Shown here piece by piece: positions 1 through 11,755 of a stretch of 64,000 nt of DNA. The notes below the pieces were generated by a model. The model was not told where the DNA came from and made no database searches. It worked only from the letters and a program-made list of their open reading frames with translations. Source of the stretch: Catajapyx aquilonaris (taxonomy: Eukaryota); the NCBI GenBank assembly GCA_000934665.2, contig JYFJ02000716.1:1-64000 (forward strand), read 5' to 3'. Positions within the stretch are counted from its first letter, which is position 1. Each line of letters begins with the position of its first letter. The translations under genes and the position numbers were made by a program.

Positions 1-383
1 ATCAATCGTCAACGCTTTAGGATTAGCAGTTTGCCATAAACTGCTACAATCAATCGTCAACAGTTTAGGATTAGCAGTTTGCCATAAACTGCTAAAATCA
101 ATCGTCAGCGCTTTAGGATTAGCAGTTTGCCATAAACTGCTAAAATCAATCGTCAGCGCTTTAGGATTGGCAGTTTGCCATAAACTGCTACAATCAATCG
201 TCAACAGTTTTGGATTGGCAGTGTGCCATAAACTGCTACAATCAATCGTCAACAGTTAACAGTTTAACAGTTAGCAGTTTAACAGGTAATACCAGTTGAC
301 TGAATTTAACAGTTAATTTGGTTAGTCGTTATTTCTCGTTAACAGTTAATTTTAACTGCTACGATAATTTCGTCACAACACTT
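1..383. repeat. 48-bp hairpin-containing minisatellite (at least 5 units, truncated by the window start) decaying into AACAGTT-like subrepeats; probably the internal array of a non-autonomous transposon
   Basis: Units start at 1, 49, 97, 145, 193 and 241 (partial). Consensus ATCAATCGTCAACRSTTTAGGATTAGCAGTTTGCCATAAACTGCTAMA; each unit contains the inverted repeat TAGCAGTTT-gccat-AAACTGCTA. Confidence 0.9.
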
Positions 384-384
384 C

Positions 385-443
385 ACAGGAAGGGGTCTAA
401 TAAGCAGGAGGGAGATGGTGGGCGGTGAGGAAGGACCAGTATA
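385..443 (-). mobile_element. Truncated second copy of the solo-LTR-like element at 478-828
   Basis: 385-443 (acaggaagggg...aaggaccagtata) aligns with 771-828 (acaggaaggga...aaggaccggtata) and ends at the same terminus. Confidence 0.6.
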
Positions 444-477
444 AAGTGCTGCCTTATTCTCTTTTAGATCTCGAGTT

Positions 478-828
478 TGTAGCGGTACGTCGGGGATAGG
501 TGTGAATAACGTACAAGGGTGGGCTAATAACTAGTATATTACAATATGTTACATAAATACAGTGAGAAGGAAATAGGATGGAAGAAAGGAAGGAAGGACC
601 TGATCAGGCAAAGGATGGGGTGAAAAGAGGGTCGAGCCCACCAGTCCAACTCCTATTTATGGAGTACTTCTCTGTGGGGGTCAAGGTAGGGAGGGTTGGA
701 AGAAGGGTAGCAAGAAGGACGCGGGTTCATGACCCGATAAGTCTATGGAGGAGAGGAGAGAGTGAGCTGGACAGGAAGGGACTAATTAGCAGGAGGGGGA
801 AGGTGGGTGGTGAGTAAGGACCGGTATA
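478..828 (-). mobile_element. Solo-LTR-like insertion (351 bp) with 4-bp target-site duplication AGTT
   Basis: Interrupts a copy of SDR exon 7 whose empty site (ctcgAGTTtgatc) is seen at 6876-6888. AGTT at 474-477 and 829-832; imperfect terminal inverted repeat TGTAGCGGT...ACCGGTATA; TATA-like CATAAATA on the minus strand. Confidence 0.7.
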
Positions 829-943
829 AGTTTGATCATCTTGTATTGAGACAGAAGAGCGAGAAAAGATGTTCCTTTCGCAAACAAGAAGCCTGAAATG
901 TATGAAGGCATAAACCCTGCAATTAGCATGGCCTCTTTATCTA

Positions 944-1298
944 ATAACCAAAGTGACTCTTCTTACCCTCCTGAATTTTGAAATTTTTTGGATTTTTAAA
1001 ATTCGGCTTGGCCTATAATGATGAGAAAACATCACCTCAGCTGCTAATACCCACGTTAGCAGGGTGAAAATAACGCCAAAAGGCGATGTTCCAAACCCAC
1101 AACACATCGCGAGTCGCTCGTCCCGGCTGCCCGGTCGCTGTCGCCTTTCACCGCGTCTGTAGCTCTCTCCGGTGCCACGAAGGAGAAGGGTCATCTCGCA
1201 CGCTTTGAAGTCGAAGGCGATTATAATAATGGAGAGCCAGGACAGTGAGCATATACTACATAAGAGGAGCATAAGAGGAGTTTGAGGGGGATGTGACA
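944..1298 (-). mobile_element. Possible LTR/retroelement remnant at the deletion junction of the pseudogene
   Basis: GC-richer non-SDR sequence abutting the exon 7 remnant; begins TGTCACAT on the minus strand. The other terminus and a TSD were not identified. Confidence 0.3.
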
Positions 1299-3200
1299 TT
1301 TCTTATATAAAAAGTGAAAAGCGTAACAATCCCGACAAAATAATTTTAGATCAGTGCTTACCCTGTCACTTTGATGGTAAATTACTGGCAACATATTGTG
1401 TTACATGCTGCACATTCTTATCGCATGTTATATCCAGCTGAATGACGTGCATTCTGTCCGAGTTCATTTTAAGAAGTGGGTCGGAGCAAAACGTGCGCTT
1501 GCAGGCGCCTTGGTGCGGGTGGTTTGGCCGCTCGGGCCAGTGACATAATTCTTGCCATCGTACTGACAGCATGGTGCCGCAGGTTACTCACCAATTCACG
1601 TAGGTTGAAAGCTACAGCATGGCCAAATCCTGAATCACATCCTGAGACAAGCACTGCCCTCCCTTTTCGGTCAAGCTGTGAATTAATGTCAGTGACATAA
1701 TCCTTGGCATAATTGATATTGAACCTATCACACTCGATATCCAATCTTTACCTTTTCCGACCTCATGATCCATACCCATCCACAGAGAAGTAATGGAATC
1801 ATGACTCCACAAGTGGCGAATACACTTTGGATGTCGCATCTCAATATGAACTTCAGTAGTGAAGCAATAAAGCATATTGCTGCGAGCCTGAACTACTCTT
1901 GCAGGAGGTCATTGTAATAAGGAAAAAAATGCCATCTCCGTTCTGAAAATGATGTAACTGATGCTGTCACAAACTAGTCATAAAATATGGGGAGTTCTGT
2001 TAGATAGTCTACAATATAAAAGTTTACTTTAATTTAATGACGTAAATGGGGGTGAGTTACCGAAATTTACCAAGCACATGTGGGAAGTAACATTAAAGGC
2101 CCTTTTCACTTAATTCTTTTATTCGATTATTCCATTTGTGTTACTGTGGCGTTCAATATAAGTAGCATGATAAATCCAATAAACACTTTTAATGACACTA
2201 GTGTAGTGATTGTGAAATACGCTTACTTAGGTAACACTCTGGGCTAACCTGGAACAATGTGTAGGCTAATCTCCAGAAGACTGATCATACAAGTTAATCC
2301 ATTCAAAGATGCACATCTAATGTCGTGTTCAAGGTCTGCAAATGTGTACAATAACTTTTCTCCTCTATTGATGTGCTATTTTTAAAAAAAGTTTATATTT
2401 ACTCCGTTGGGAGAATCGGCGATCCATTAGGGGGGTGGAAAACCACCATTTTACCACTCAATTTTTCTGAACTTTTCCTCTATTAATATGCAAATATCTG
2501 TCACTTTTCTTCAGCACAAGTTCTGGTGTACTGAATTAGCGAGGCAGCCGAGGTTTAAATCCTATCAATTGTTCTTGAGTATTAAATCCCGGTCCCATCA
2601 ACCTCATTTCTTGTCGGATAGTTCGTTTTTAGTTAACTACGCAACCCTGACGCAATCGTGGATTAGATCCTTAGAAAGAGAGGTGTCTGAAGCGGTCTGA
2701 AGGCCATGGAGTGTTATTTTGTTCAAACTTGGCACATGCAGAATATAAGGAAATGAAAGTCCAAGGTGATCTTTGTTTATAGTCCGATTTTTCAATGAGT
2801 TGACCAATGAAGCTGAGTCGTTTATTTAATGCGGCAGACTATTGCCAAGTATTGGCAAAAATTGATTAATTGTATGCATCCTGATTGCAGAGTTGTAGAA
2901 AAACGTGTAACCCTCAAAGCACTGGGGAAATCGCGGAGTTTCAAGGTGAACATGACTAACGTGATTTCCTTTTGTGGTGAAATTTCTTTCTTCCGCAATG
3001 TTGCATGAAGTATTTTCCAATACGATCCAAAAGGTTACCTTTTAAAGAAGCAGTGACGTGAAATAGCACCATGGTTTTTGAATGGTTCAGTAGAGTTAAT
3101 CGTTAGACGTTGGAGCACTGGCTTCTTTAGTTTTTAGCACTTTTCAAAATGTGCGGGAAATATTCCTTTACAATAAATTCATTGGTGCTTTGACATACTT

Positions 3201-5689
3201 TTAGTGATCAATCATCTTGTAGTGAGACAGAAGAGCAAGTAATGTTACTGTTTTTGCCTGTGAGAAATCTCCAATGAAAGAAGGCGTACACCCTGCAGCT
3301 AACATGGTCACTTTATCTGCAATAGACCCTGGAATGTAGTTTGAAGCAGGGTATGTTGAATGCACTGCGTCCACCATGGAGTTCACCACTTCGCTCATGT
3401 CGGTGGTCTGCAAATGAGAGTGTGTCTAATCGTTATTAAGACTATTACACATTTCCTCCCGCATTCCCTCACTATACATGTTATCTACGATGAATACATA
3501 ATTATACCGTACAGGTTCGTGAAACACCGCACAGCTCTGTACGTACCCCATTTGCTATCATTGCTGCTGTTGCTGTGACGACCTCATCTCTGGACTTGTC
3601 TTCTATTATTTTTGTTTCTTTTACTATGTTGGTGGCTACGTTGCACATACAGAAGCAAACATTTGGGGTAGATTAGAAGAACATTTTGAAATGTAACTCC
3701 ACGTGAATATTACTGTTACCATTCATGAAGTTTCCGGGATCGATTGTGATCACTCGGATTCCATTTGGTGACAATTCCTGTCTGATACACTCGGAGAATC
3801 CCTTCAGAGCCCACTTGGATGAGTGGTACGCTGATCCAAGTGCTGCTCCAAACAGGCTGGAGATGCTGCATACATTTACAATACGGCCTGATACAACAAA
3901 ATAAGATCGTAAATATCTTGTATATCATGCACTGCAACATTAACATCCTGCTTGATTTGAGCCATATGCTGTGCAAAACATTCCCCTTTCCAAGTACATC
4001 GGCTACAGAATAAATGCATGTAATTATATCTATCGTAAGCACGAGGCCCCTCTTTAATGTAGCCCTACACTCTTTATGTTGTGATCCATGCTGTGCCATG
4101 ATGTTATTACTTACGGTTTTCTTTGTCAAGAAGAGGTAAAAAGGCTTTTGTCATTCTAATGTGGCCGTAGAAGTTGACAGACATTACTTTTTCATAAGTT
4201 TCCATAGGTGTATTTTTTACATAGCCTAATGTAGAAATGCCAGCGTTATTTATTATTCCCCACAATTCTGAAACATTGAAATAAAATGACGTTACCTTCA
4301 AGCATAAAGAACTTTTACCTGTGTGATTAAAATGCACAATTTACATCCAATTATCTGTTAAAACCCAATAGCAGCACAGGCAATGATTAAACTCGGTCAA
4401 TGAAAAGAAGAATATTGAATACCCTTAGAGGCCAAAATAATAAGGAGGCCTATCATGGGTATTCATTTATTACTCGTACATTGATCAATTTCCAATTCGA
4501 ATTATTTGCATGTCCGTGCAATGACATGACCATTTCTTGTCCAAAACATTCTTTGTAACAGAACATTTATTTGGAATAATGGTCCTAAAACTCATAGTGA
4601 ACCAAACACTGGGTCAGGGAATCGCTCTTACAATCTGCAAGGCTATTCAATTGGGGCCAGCTGATAGTAAATCCAGAACGCATGATTAATCCAATAAATA
4701 TCATGGATCAACCACTTGGGCTGGATTTATCAGAGGGGAATGGCCTTAACTATTCTTATAGCCTGAAATATACATTAACAGCATACCGTCTGATTTTGTC
4801 GGCAGATTGTCAGTCACATACTGTAAAGCATCTATCACGCTCTTCTCTGAGGTTATATCCAGCTGAATGACATGCATTCTGTCCGACTTCATTTCACGCA
4901 GCTTGGTCGCACCCTCACCTCCTTTGTCCAACAAGAGGCAGCCGGCATACACGGTGAAGCCCTGCATTAAAATTAATTCACATCTTGCTTTATAACAACA
5001 TACTTAAGTCAATCATAATGTGCATGGAAAGCTGGGCGATAATAAGTAACTTACAAGCTCATGCAATGTACAGGCTGCAGCATGACCAAATCCAGAATCA
5101 CACCCTGAAATGACCACTGCCTTTCCGTCGGGACATACCTGCGGAAAAATACAAAAATGGTTGTAGAATCTATTAATTTCCTGTCAATTGTGTTTATTTA
5201 CAAAAATGCAGGATGATAATGGGCAGACACTCATGGAATTATTTTGTTGAATAGTTATCATACTACTTTATCATACGTTATCATAGTACATAAAATGTAC
5301 TCTATTAAACGTTTAAGTTTATGTCATTGAGGTCGAATGATGAGGAGCATATAGGGCTTTAATCACAATAACAGTTTTAGCAACAAAATGCATGCATTAT
5401 TTTAATAAATGCTGTGCTCTTCCCCTGAGTATTATAGATACCTATTGGTTCTTAAATAATTATATGAAGCATAAAGTGATTTGTTTCTCTATAAATAATT
5501 CATTACCTTTCGGGACCGTATGATCCATATCCATCCACAGAAAAGAACATTCATCGTGAGTAACCAGGTGATAAATCCACTGGAGATGTTGAACCCAAAC
5601 AACGACAGAAGGAATGTTCCGACAATGCCCAGGGCTAAGAAAGAGAACTTCTCTTTCAGTATGTCATTGTAGTTTGGAAAAAACGCCAT
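3201..5689 (-). CDS. Membrane-anchored SDR9C-family dehydrogenase (BDH1/retinol dehydrogenase-like), copy 2, ~352 aa
   Basis: Exons 5689-5507, 5138-5055, 4961-4787, 4267-4115, 3887-3720, 3635-3547, 3407-3201; all GT-AG and phase-compatible. Hydrophobic N-terminus, SGCDSGFG, NNAGI, catalytic YHSSK, IDPGNF. Confidence 0.9.
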
Positions 5690-5947
5690 TTTCTGGAAAT
5701 AATTGCATAATCACATTAGTGTATTAGTAAAGTGGGAACACAATTTTATTATTATTAATCAAATTGTTACTTGCACTTTTATCACAGTTAATATCAACGC
5801 ACTGACTACCAGTGAGATTTAATGCTTTACGTAACATTATGTTTTTTATAAGCAGTCTTTCGGTATAGGAATGGAGATTCTGATAATCTGCTGATGTCAT
5901 AAATTGGATGGCTGTATAGGAACCCAGTAATGTGTGAAGCCCCATTT

Positions 5948-6045
5948 ACTTACTCAATTTTGACGGACTACGCGACTACCAATACCCTTTCTGTGATGTT
6001 TCTAATCACTGAAAGCAGCTGTGCTCTGTTGAATCACTTGCGTAA
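5948..6045 (-). promoter_or_regulatory. Putative core promoter and non-coding first exon of SDR copy 2
   Basis: Inr-like TCAGT at 6012-6008, GTAAGT donor at 5953-5948, bZIP/C-EBP-like TTACGCAA at 6045-6038. A homologous block recurs at 10621-10700 and 14574-14675. Confidence 0.5.
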
Positions 6046-6869
6046 AATGCACGCAATTATGAGGCAGAATTTCCACTGAGCAGAAGGGGTAACACTGACT
6101 GGAAGTGTTTTGCCGCAACGTTTATTTGCGGAGAAAATATATTTTCGGTAAAAAAACAAGACAACGGCATGGAAATATTCGCATTGTACGGAACATGACG
6201 TTGTGCTACAGAAATAATAATTACTACAGAGCCAAGTGTCAGAAAATATTGCTGCTCCATATATTTCATTTCAAAACTTTGCAAAAAAAAAGAATAGTTA
6301 CATCAGTATGAAACAAGGTGTTTCTTACATTACAGAGGAGTGGAAGTGTACAGTGTTAAGCAATATTCCCATACTGCTTAGGGTGGGAAAACTTTTTTTA
6401 AATCCGGTGTCGTGGTGTATGAAGCACTTATGTTACCATTCCTTTTCAGGCGTTAAGTTCATTTATCACTTAGCCCACCTTTCATGTACGATACGACATA
6501 ATTCATTGCAAGGTGTGTTTGCGCACTTCCCCAGCACAACGCATTATATCTGTATCGTTGCCTTATCTCATAGCAAAGAGGAAGGCCGAAAGTTTTTTTT
6601 TTTACATACATTACAAACCCTCGATATGAGCACCGCGTGTGACACGGCAGGCGTTTAACCGGATTGAAAAGATATTGGAAAATGTAGCATACCACACATT
6701 CTTCATATTTCCGCTAATTTTAGTTTTAATAAAATAATTCAAAGGTGGTGGGATTGTGACCTTTTTGTTTGGATGCTTGAGAAATGAATTACTAATAATA
6801 ATAATTCATTGGTGTGAGTGGAGGTAGTACAGAGACAGAGTCCGTGACAAAGTGTTGTCTTATTCACTT

Positions 6870-9789
6870 TTAGATCTCGAGTTTGATCAACTTGCATTGA
6901 GACAGAAGAGCGAGAAAAGATGTTCCTTTCGCAAACAAGAAGTCTGAAATGCATGAAGGCATAAACCCTGCAATTAGCATGGCCACTTTATCTAAGATTG
7001 ATCCTGGAATGTAGTTTGTAGCAGGGTATGTTGAATGCACGGAGTCCACCATGGAGTCCACCACTTCTGTTATGTCGCCATTCTACGAAAGAGAATTTGG
7101 GAAGATTACACAATCATGTCCTCCTTCATCACCTAGCTCACTATACAGTATATCCCACATTATCTACTTCTAATAAAATCATGACATGGCAAACAAATGT
7201 TGCCGGAGAAGACAAATTCCACAGTTATTATTACTTGTTGAGGAGAGAGAGGGGGGGGGGGTTACGAATCCATATTATGACGAGGTTCTTGTAATGTATT
7301 ACAAGACATCAGTACTTACTCCATTCGCGATCACTGCTATCACTGCTGTGATTTCATCGTCATCTTTAGGCTTGCCTTCTCTCCTTTTTATTTCTTTTAT
7401 TTTGGAGATAGGAAGTACGTTGGTGGCTACATTGGATAAAGAGACACAAACAGATGCTGGTCATTTTAGTCTCTAAGTATTTAGAAATGTCCTACTGTGA
7501 GAAGAAAATAATTTAGCACAATATCGGGAGTCTAAGTACCCTGCTGGCAATATGGATTGTCTGTGTCAAAATAATTCTAATCCATACACATTATTTGCAA
7601 CAACTGGACCGAGGTTGGAGAGGTTCCTGGGATTCCTTCCAAGATAGATTTTTCTCCGTTTATCTGCATACTTAGTCCAGGATGTGTTTAATAACAGCCT
7701 ACTTGCTAAAAAAAGGGAAATGCTATACCCTTCATGAAGTTTCCGGGATAGATGCTAATCACTCGCACTCCTGTAGGTGACAATTCTTGTCTGATGCACT
7801 CGGAGAAACCATGAATAGCGTACTTGGATGCACAGTATGCTGAGACAACAGCCATTCCTATAAGGCTGTTTAGGCTGCATACATTCACAATACGGCCTGA
7901 AACAACAAAATAAGGGTCAGTAACTCTTGGAATTGTCTCAGGTAGAGAGAGAACCCGTATATTAATAGCATTTCTAAATAAATAAGACTGTCTAGATTAA
8001 TTTTGTTATCGAGGCGTAATTTCAACGTACACTAGGTTTTATACGTTATATGGTTAAGTAGGGAATATCCTCTAGAATGCACCGAAAAATTATCATACAG
8101 CTTGTAGTGTGATAAGCCATGCTGAATATTCCCTAATCAATCATCATACCGTACTGAAAGTTAGGAAGAAAAATATATGTAGCCTACTGTTAGCAAGCGC
8201 TAGTCATCCTGCATACGTACTGCAACCTTACGTGATGTTGAGATCCATGCAACACCAAAGCGGAAACTTGTTTTATTACTTATACCTCGCGCTTTTTGTA
8301 GCAAAGGCAGAAAAGCTTTCGTCATCCTAATGGGTCCGAAAAAGTTGACAGACATCATTCTTTCAACGATTTCATGTGGCGTATTTTCTAAATAGCCTAG
8401 TTCAGAAATTCCTGCATTGTTGATCACGGCCCATAATCCTGAAACGATAAAATAAAATGGCATTACCTTTAAGCATTTTGTTAGGGCCGGTTGAATCCTG
8501 ACAACATATTTTACTGCCTTTTGGCCATATTTCAAAAATGGATCTCACTTTATGAGCAGCATCACCACTTCCAACATTATTATTTGTCTAAATAAATATA
8601 CAGAATATTTTTATCATTTCATGAAATACTGCACATCCTGACATGTCTTCCTCACAGGGGTCATATTCGAATCAATTACTCCCTTGAACACAAAGCATTT
8701 TTTGAGGTTATGTATGACTTAATATCTCATTGAATGTAGGCCAACATGGTTTACAAACTATCTTGATTTATTTAGAGAGAGAAAAGAACCCTATACTATA
8801 TAAGTAGTCAATAGCATAAAGGAAATGACGAACCGTTTGAATTTTCTGGGAGATTGTCAGTCACATACTGTACTGCTTGTTGGACACTATTTTCTGACGT
8901 TACATCCAGCTGAATGAGGTGCATTCTGTCCGATTTCATTTCACGGAGTCTGGTCACACCTTCTCTACTTTTATCCAACGAGGTGCAGCCAGCATACACG
9001 GTGAAGCCCTGCATTAAAATTAATTCACATGTTGTTTTATCACATGTTAAAATAATATCAATTAGCGTGGAAAGAATGGGAGCTAATAAGTAACTTACAA
9101 GTCCATGCAATGCACGGGCTGTAGCATGGCCAAATCCTGAATTACACCCTGAGATAATCACTGCCTTTCCGTTCGGGTTGAGCTGCCAAAAACATCAATT
9201 TTATTAAAGTCGCGTTATATTTTCACCTTACCATCTTTCCGAAGGCCGGTAGTCCCACAGTATCATAACTTATGCTAAGTTATATTAACTGTTATTTATT
9301 CGTGGATAACTTATTGGTGTCACTGAGGTAAAATGAACAGTAGGTTAGTGAAGGGCTTCAAGCACAATGACAATCTTAGGTGCAAATTTTTAAAAAATAT
9401 ATTTACAGTAAAACCCCTCTAAGTTGGACACTCACGGTTCCGGCCACAAAAAGTGTCCAACATGGAGGGGTGTCCAACAACAGGGGTTTTACTGTATTTG
9501 AAGAAAAAAACTTCAAGTTCCCCCCATACCTTGTAGAAATATATATTCACGTGTGATTGTTGAAAATTTGAACAGGGATTTGTTACTTATATTTAAAATA
9601 TATTACCTTTCGGGACCGCATGATCCATATCCATCCACAGAAAAGGACTGTCATCGTGAGTAACCACGTGACAAATGCACTGGAGATGTTGTACCCAAAC
9701 GACGACAGCAGGAATATCCCAACAATGAACATGGCTAAGAAAGAGAACTTCTCTTTCAGCATGTCATTGTAGTCTGGAAAAAACGCCAT
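6870..9789 (-). CDS. SDR9C-family dehydrogenase, copy 3, ~360 aa
   Basis: Exons 9789-9607, 9182-9099, 9008-8834, 8438-8286, 7896-7729, 7426-7320, 7082-6870. Motifs SGCNSGFG, NNAGI, YCASK, IYPGNF. Confidence 0.9.
9406..9494. mobile_element. 89-bp Tc1/mariner-pogo-type MITE in intron 1 of SDR copy 3
   Basis: TIRs CAGTAAAACCCCT / AGGGGTTTTACTG flanked by TA on both sides; internal GTGTCCAACA subrepeats. Confidence 0.8.
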
Positions 9790-10620
9790 ATCCTGGAAAT
9801 AACGGCGGAAGTAAATCACTGATATCTTATAGGCTACATTATAAGGAACACAATTATTCTTAAAATGAAATGATTTATTAACTTTTTCAAAATTCTCCTT
9901 TTAAGACTTACATATTGTCATCAGACACCGGGTCACTGATCACATTATTTCAAATAGATCAGCTGAAACAATTATTGTATTATGTGGCTTACATAGCAAA
10001 TATCAATGTATATTCTGCTAATCAAGTTAGCCGAAACACAATCAAAGCGAATTAAATGAGAATATGAGAATTCAGTTTCGATGTGCTGATTTAATGTTTA
10101 ATATACGACGTATATAATCATGATTTTCCACAGTGTATCACATTGAGAGAACGACAATATATTGTTAAATTATGCTGACTTAATGAAATTTAATGAACGC
10201 TTCAAATTCTGACACAACTATGCGTTTCATGAGGCCCAAGGGGCTTAGTTCAATATGGTACAAGAAATATTTTTATGAAGCTGGGTTAGGTGTTAACTTT
10301 TACCATTACTAACTTAACTAGGCCTATATACTAGCTTTGACCATGTGTGGGGACTCGGGAGGTTTAAAAAAAATTGAAAAATGTAGTAAGTATTTCATAT
10401 CACACATACGTTATAGCGAATACAGTACTTTAATTCCTAGTGCCTAAAACAGCAAATTAATTTGCATTAATTTGTTTTCATGGTTTTGTAATTATTATCA
10501 AATATTTCAATGACTACTGTAAAAATTATTGTCACCAATATGCGTCATCTCCCAAAGAAACATATTTTGCCTCTTGATAATTATATTACCCCAAAGATTG
10601 TACTCCCTCAATATATTGCG

Positions 10621-10700
10621 ACTTACTTCGAAATATAACCTTGTTGTTGGGTGTCTTTAAACACTGAAAGCAGTGCGCCACTGTTGTTGCACTTCCATGA
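10621..10700 (-). promoter_or_regulatory. Putative core promoter and non-coding first exon of SDR copy 3
   Basis: TCAGT at 10667-10663, GTAAGT donor at 10626-10621; homologous to 5948-6045. Confidence 0.45.
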
Positions 10701-11755
10701 AATGGAGATAATGATGCAGAAATAGTAGGAGCAGGGCTGCAGAAAAAATATCCTCTCTTTTGAAAAAAGAATATTGGACGGCATTGATTCGCAGTATAAT
10801 TATTCAAGTTTAGCTGCAGAAATGATTTCCTCATAAGTGTAAGAAACTAATATTGCCAAAGACACTCCATTAAAAAATTTACAAATGGATACCAATCTGT
10901 ACGATAAACACTTTTTTGCGTGCATTACCACAGCAAAGCAGTTATGTGATTAACAAGTTAGTGTTGCCTAAGACTACACTTAGTCTAATCACGTAACGTT
11001 AATGGCGTCAGAATTTTTTACGTGTATTGCGAATATATTTTTATGTGTAGTATTCTAAGGTACTACCACCGAATCTACCATTTCCGCCCATGTGCATGTG
11101 TGTGTTGTGATTGTGTCTCCCTCCCTCCCCTCCCCACTTCTGGATGTGAGGTTGCATTTTGTAATAATTTACTCGAGTTAATTAATTTGTGTATTGTTTA
11201 AAAAGAGCACTGCAACTGGCCATGTAATTATTCATATTTAACAAAGGATCCCTTCCAAGTTTGACTTTGAGGTACTGTACATACAATGATTTTTGTTGGA
11301 ATTTGTTCATAAGAATATTACAAGTACTCAGTTTCGTAATATTGTTTTTTGAGTAATGAAAACCTACACTTGAATGTTGAGGATATGCAATTTTTGTCTA
11401 TTTGTAATGGCCACAGGAGGTGCTCGGAACGTCGCAGAATTTCCTTTTTAATATTCATGACAATTCCAGATGATTGCAAATTCTTTTAATTGCGCATTGT
11501 CAGCAACATATTTTGTCACGTGCCGTTTCTCGTATTACAACAACAGGTTGTTAGGTGTTCATCCGCCATGCAATCCACCCTCAAAAGCGTTTTGTAAATT
11601 ATTGACGTATTTTCCAGTCAACCAAAGAAGCAGAGGACTTGTTGGTTATAATATATTTCATCTGTTTATTATTTGGCATTTGATGATTATTTATTAGTGC
11701 TGTAAGTGACAGTACAGTGAACATATGTGATGCCGAATTTATTTCTTAATCAGGG

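Larger units (their letters stand above)
444..1935 (-). pseudogene. SDR9C-like short-chain dehydrogenase pseudogene (copy 1)
   Basis: Exon 1 1935-1752 has a +1 frameshift (7 T versus 6 T after ATG GCN) and a TAG at 1895-1893. Exon 2 1675-1592 is intact (LDRKGRAVLVSGCDSGFGHAVA). Exon 3 is 5'-truncated (1473-1362) with a TGA. Exons 4-6 are missing. The exon 7 remnant (943-829 plus 477-444) is split by an insertion. Confidence 0.85.

Noticed and set aside
1..260. CRISPR-like array of palindromic repeats
   Set aside because: Units are contiguous and near-identical with no unique spacers, there are no cas genes, and the context is eukaryotic.
578..1299. ORFs 578-817 and 937-1299 as genes
   Set aside because: They lie inside LTR-like insertions and have no recognisable domains or splice context.
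6330..6700. Possible mariner-derived fragment and 140-aa ORF
   Set aside because: No termini, TSD or protein motif could be established by eye.
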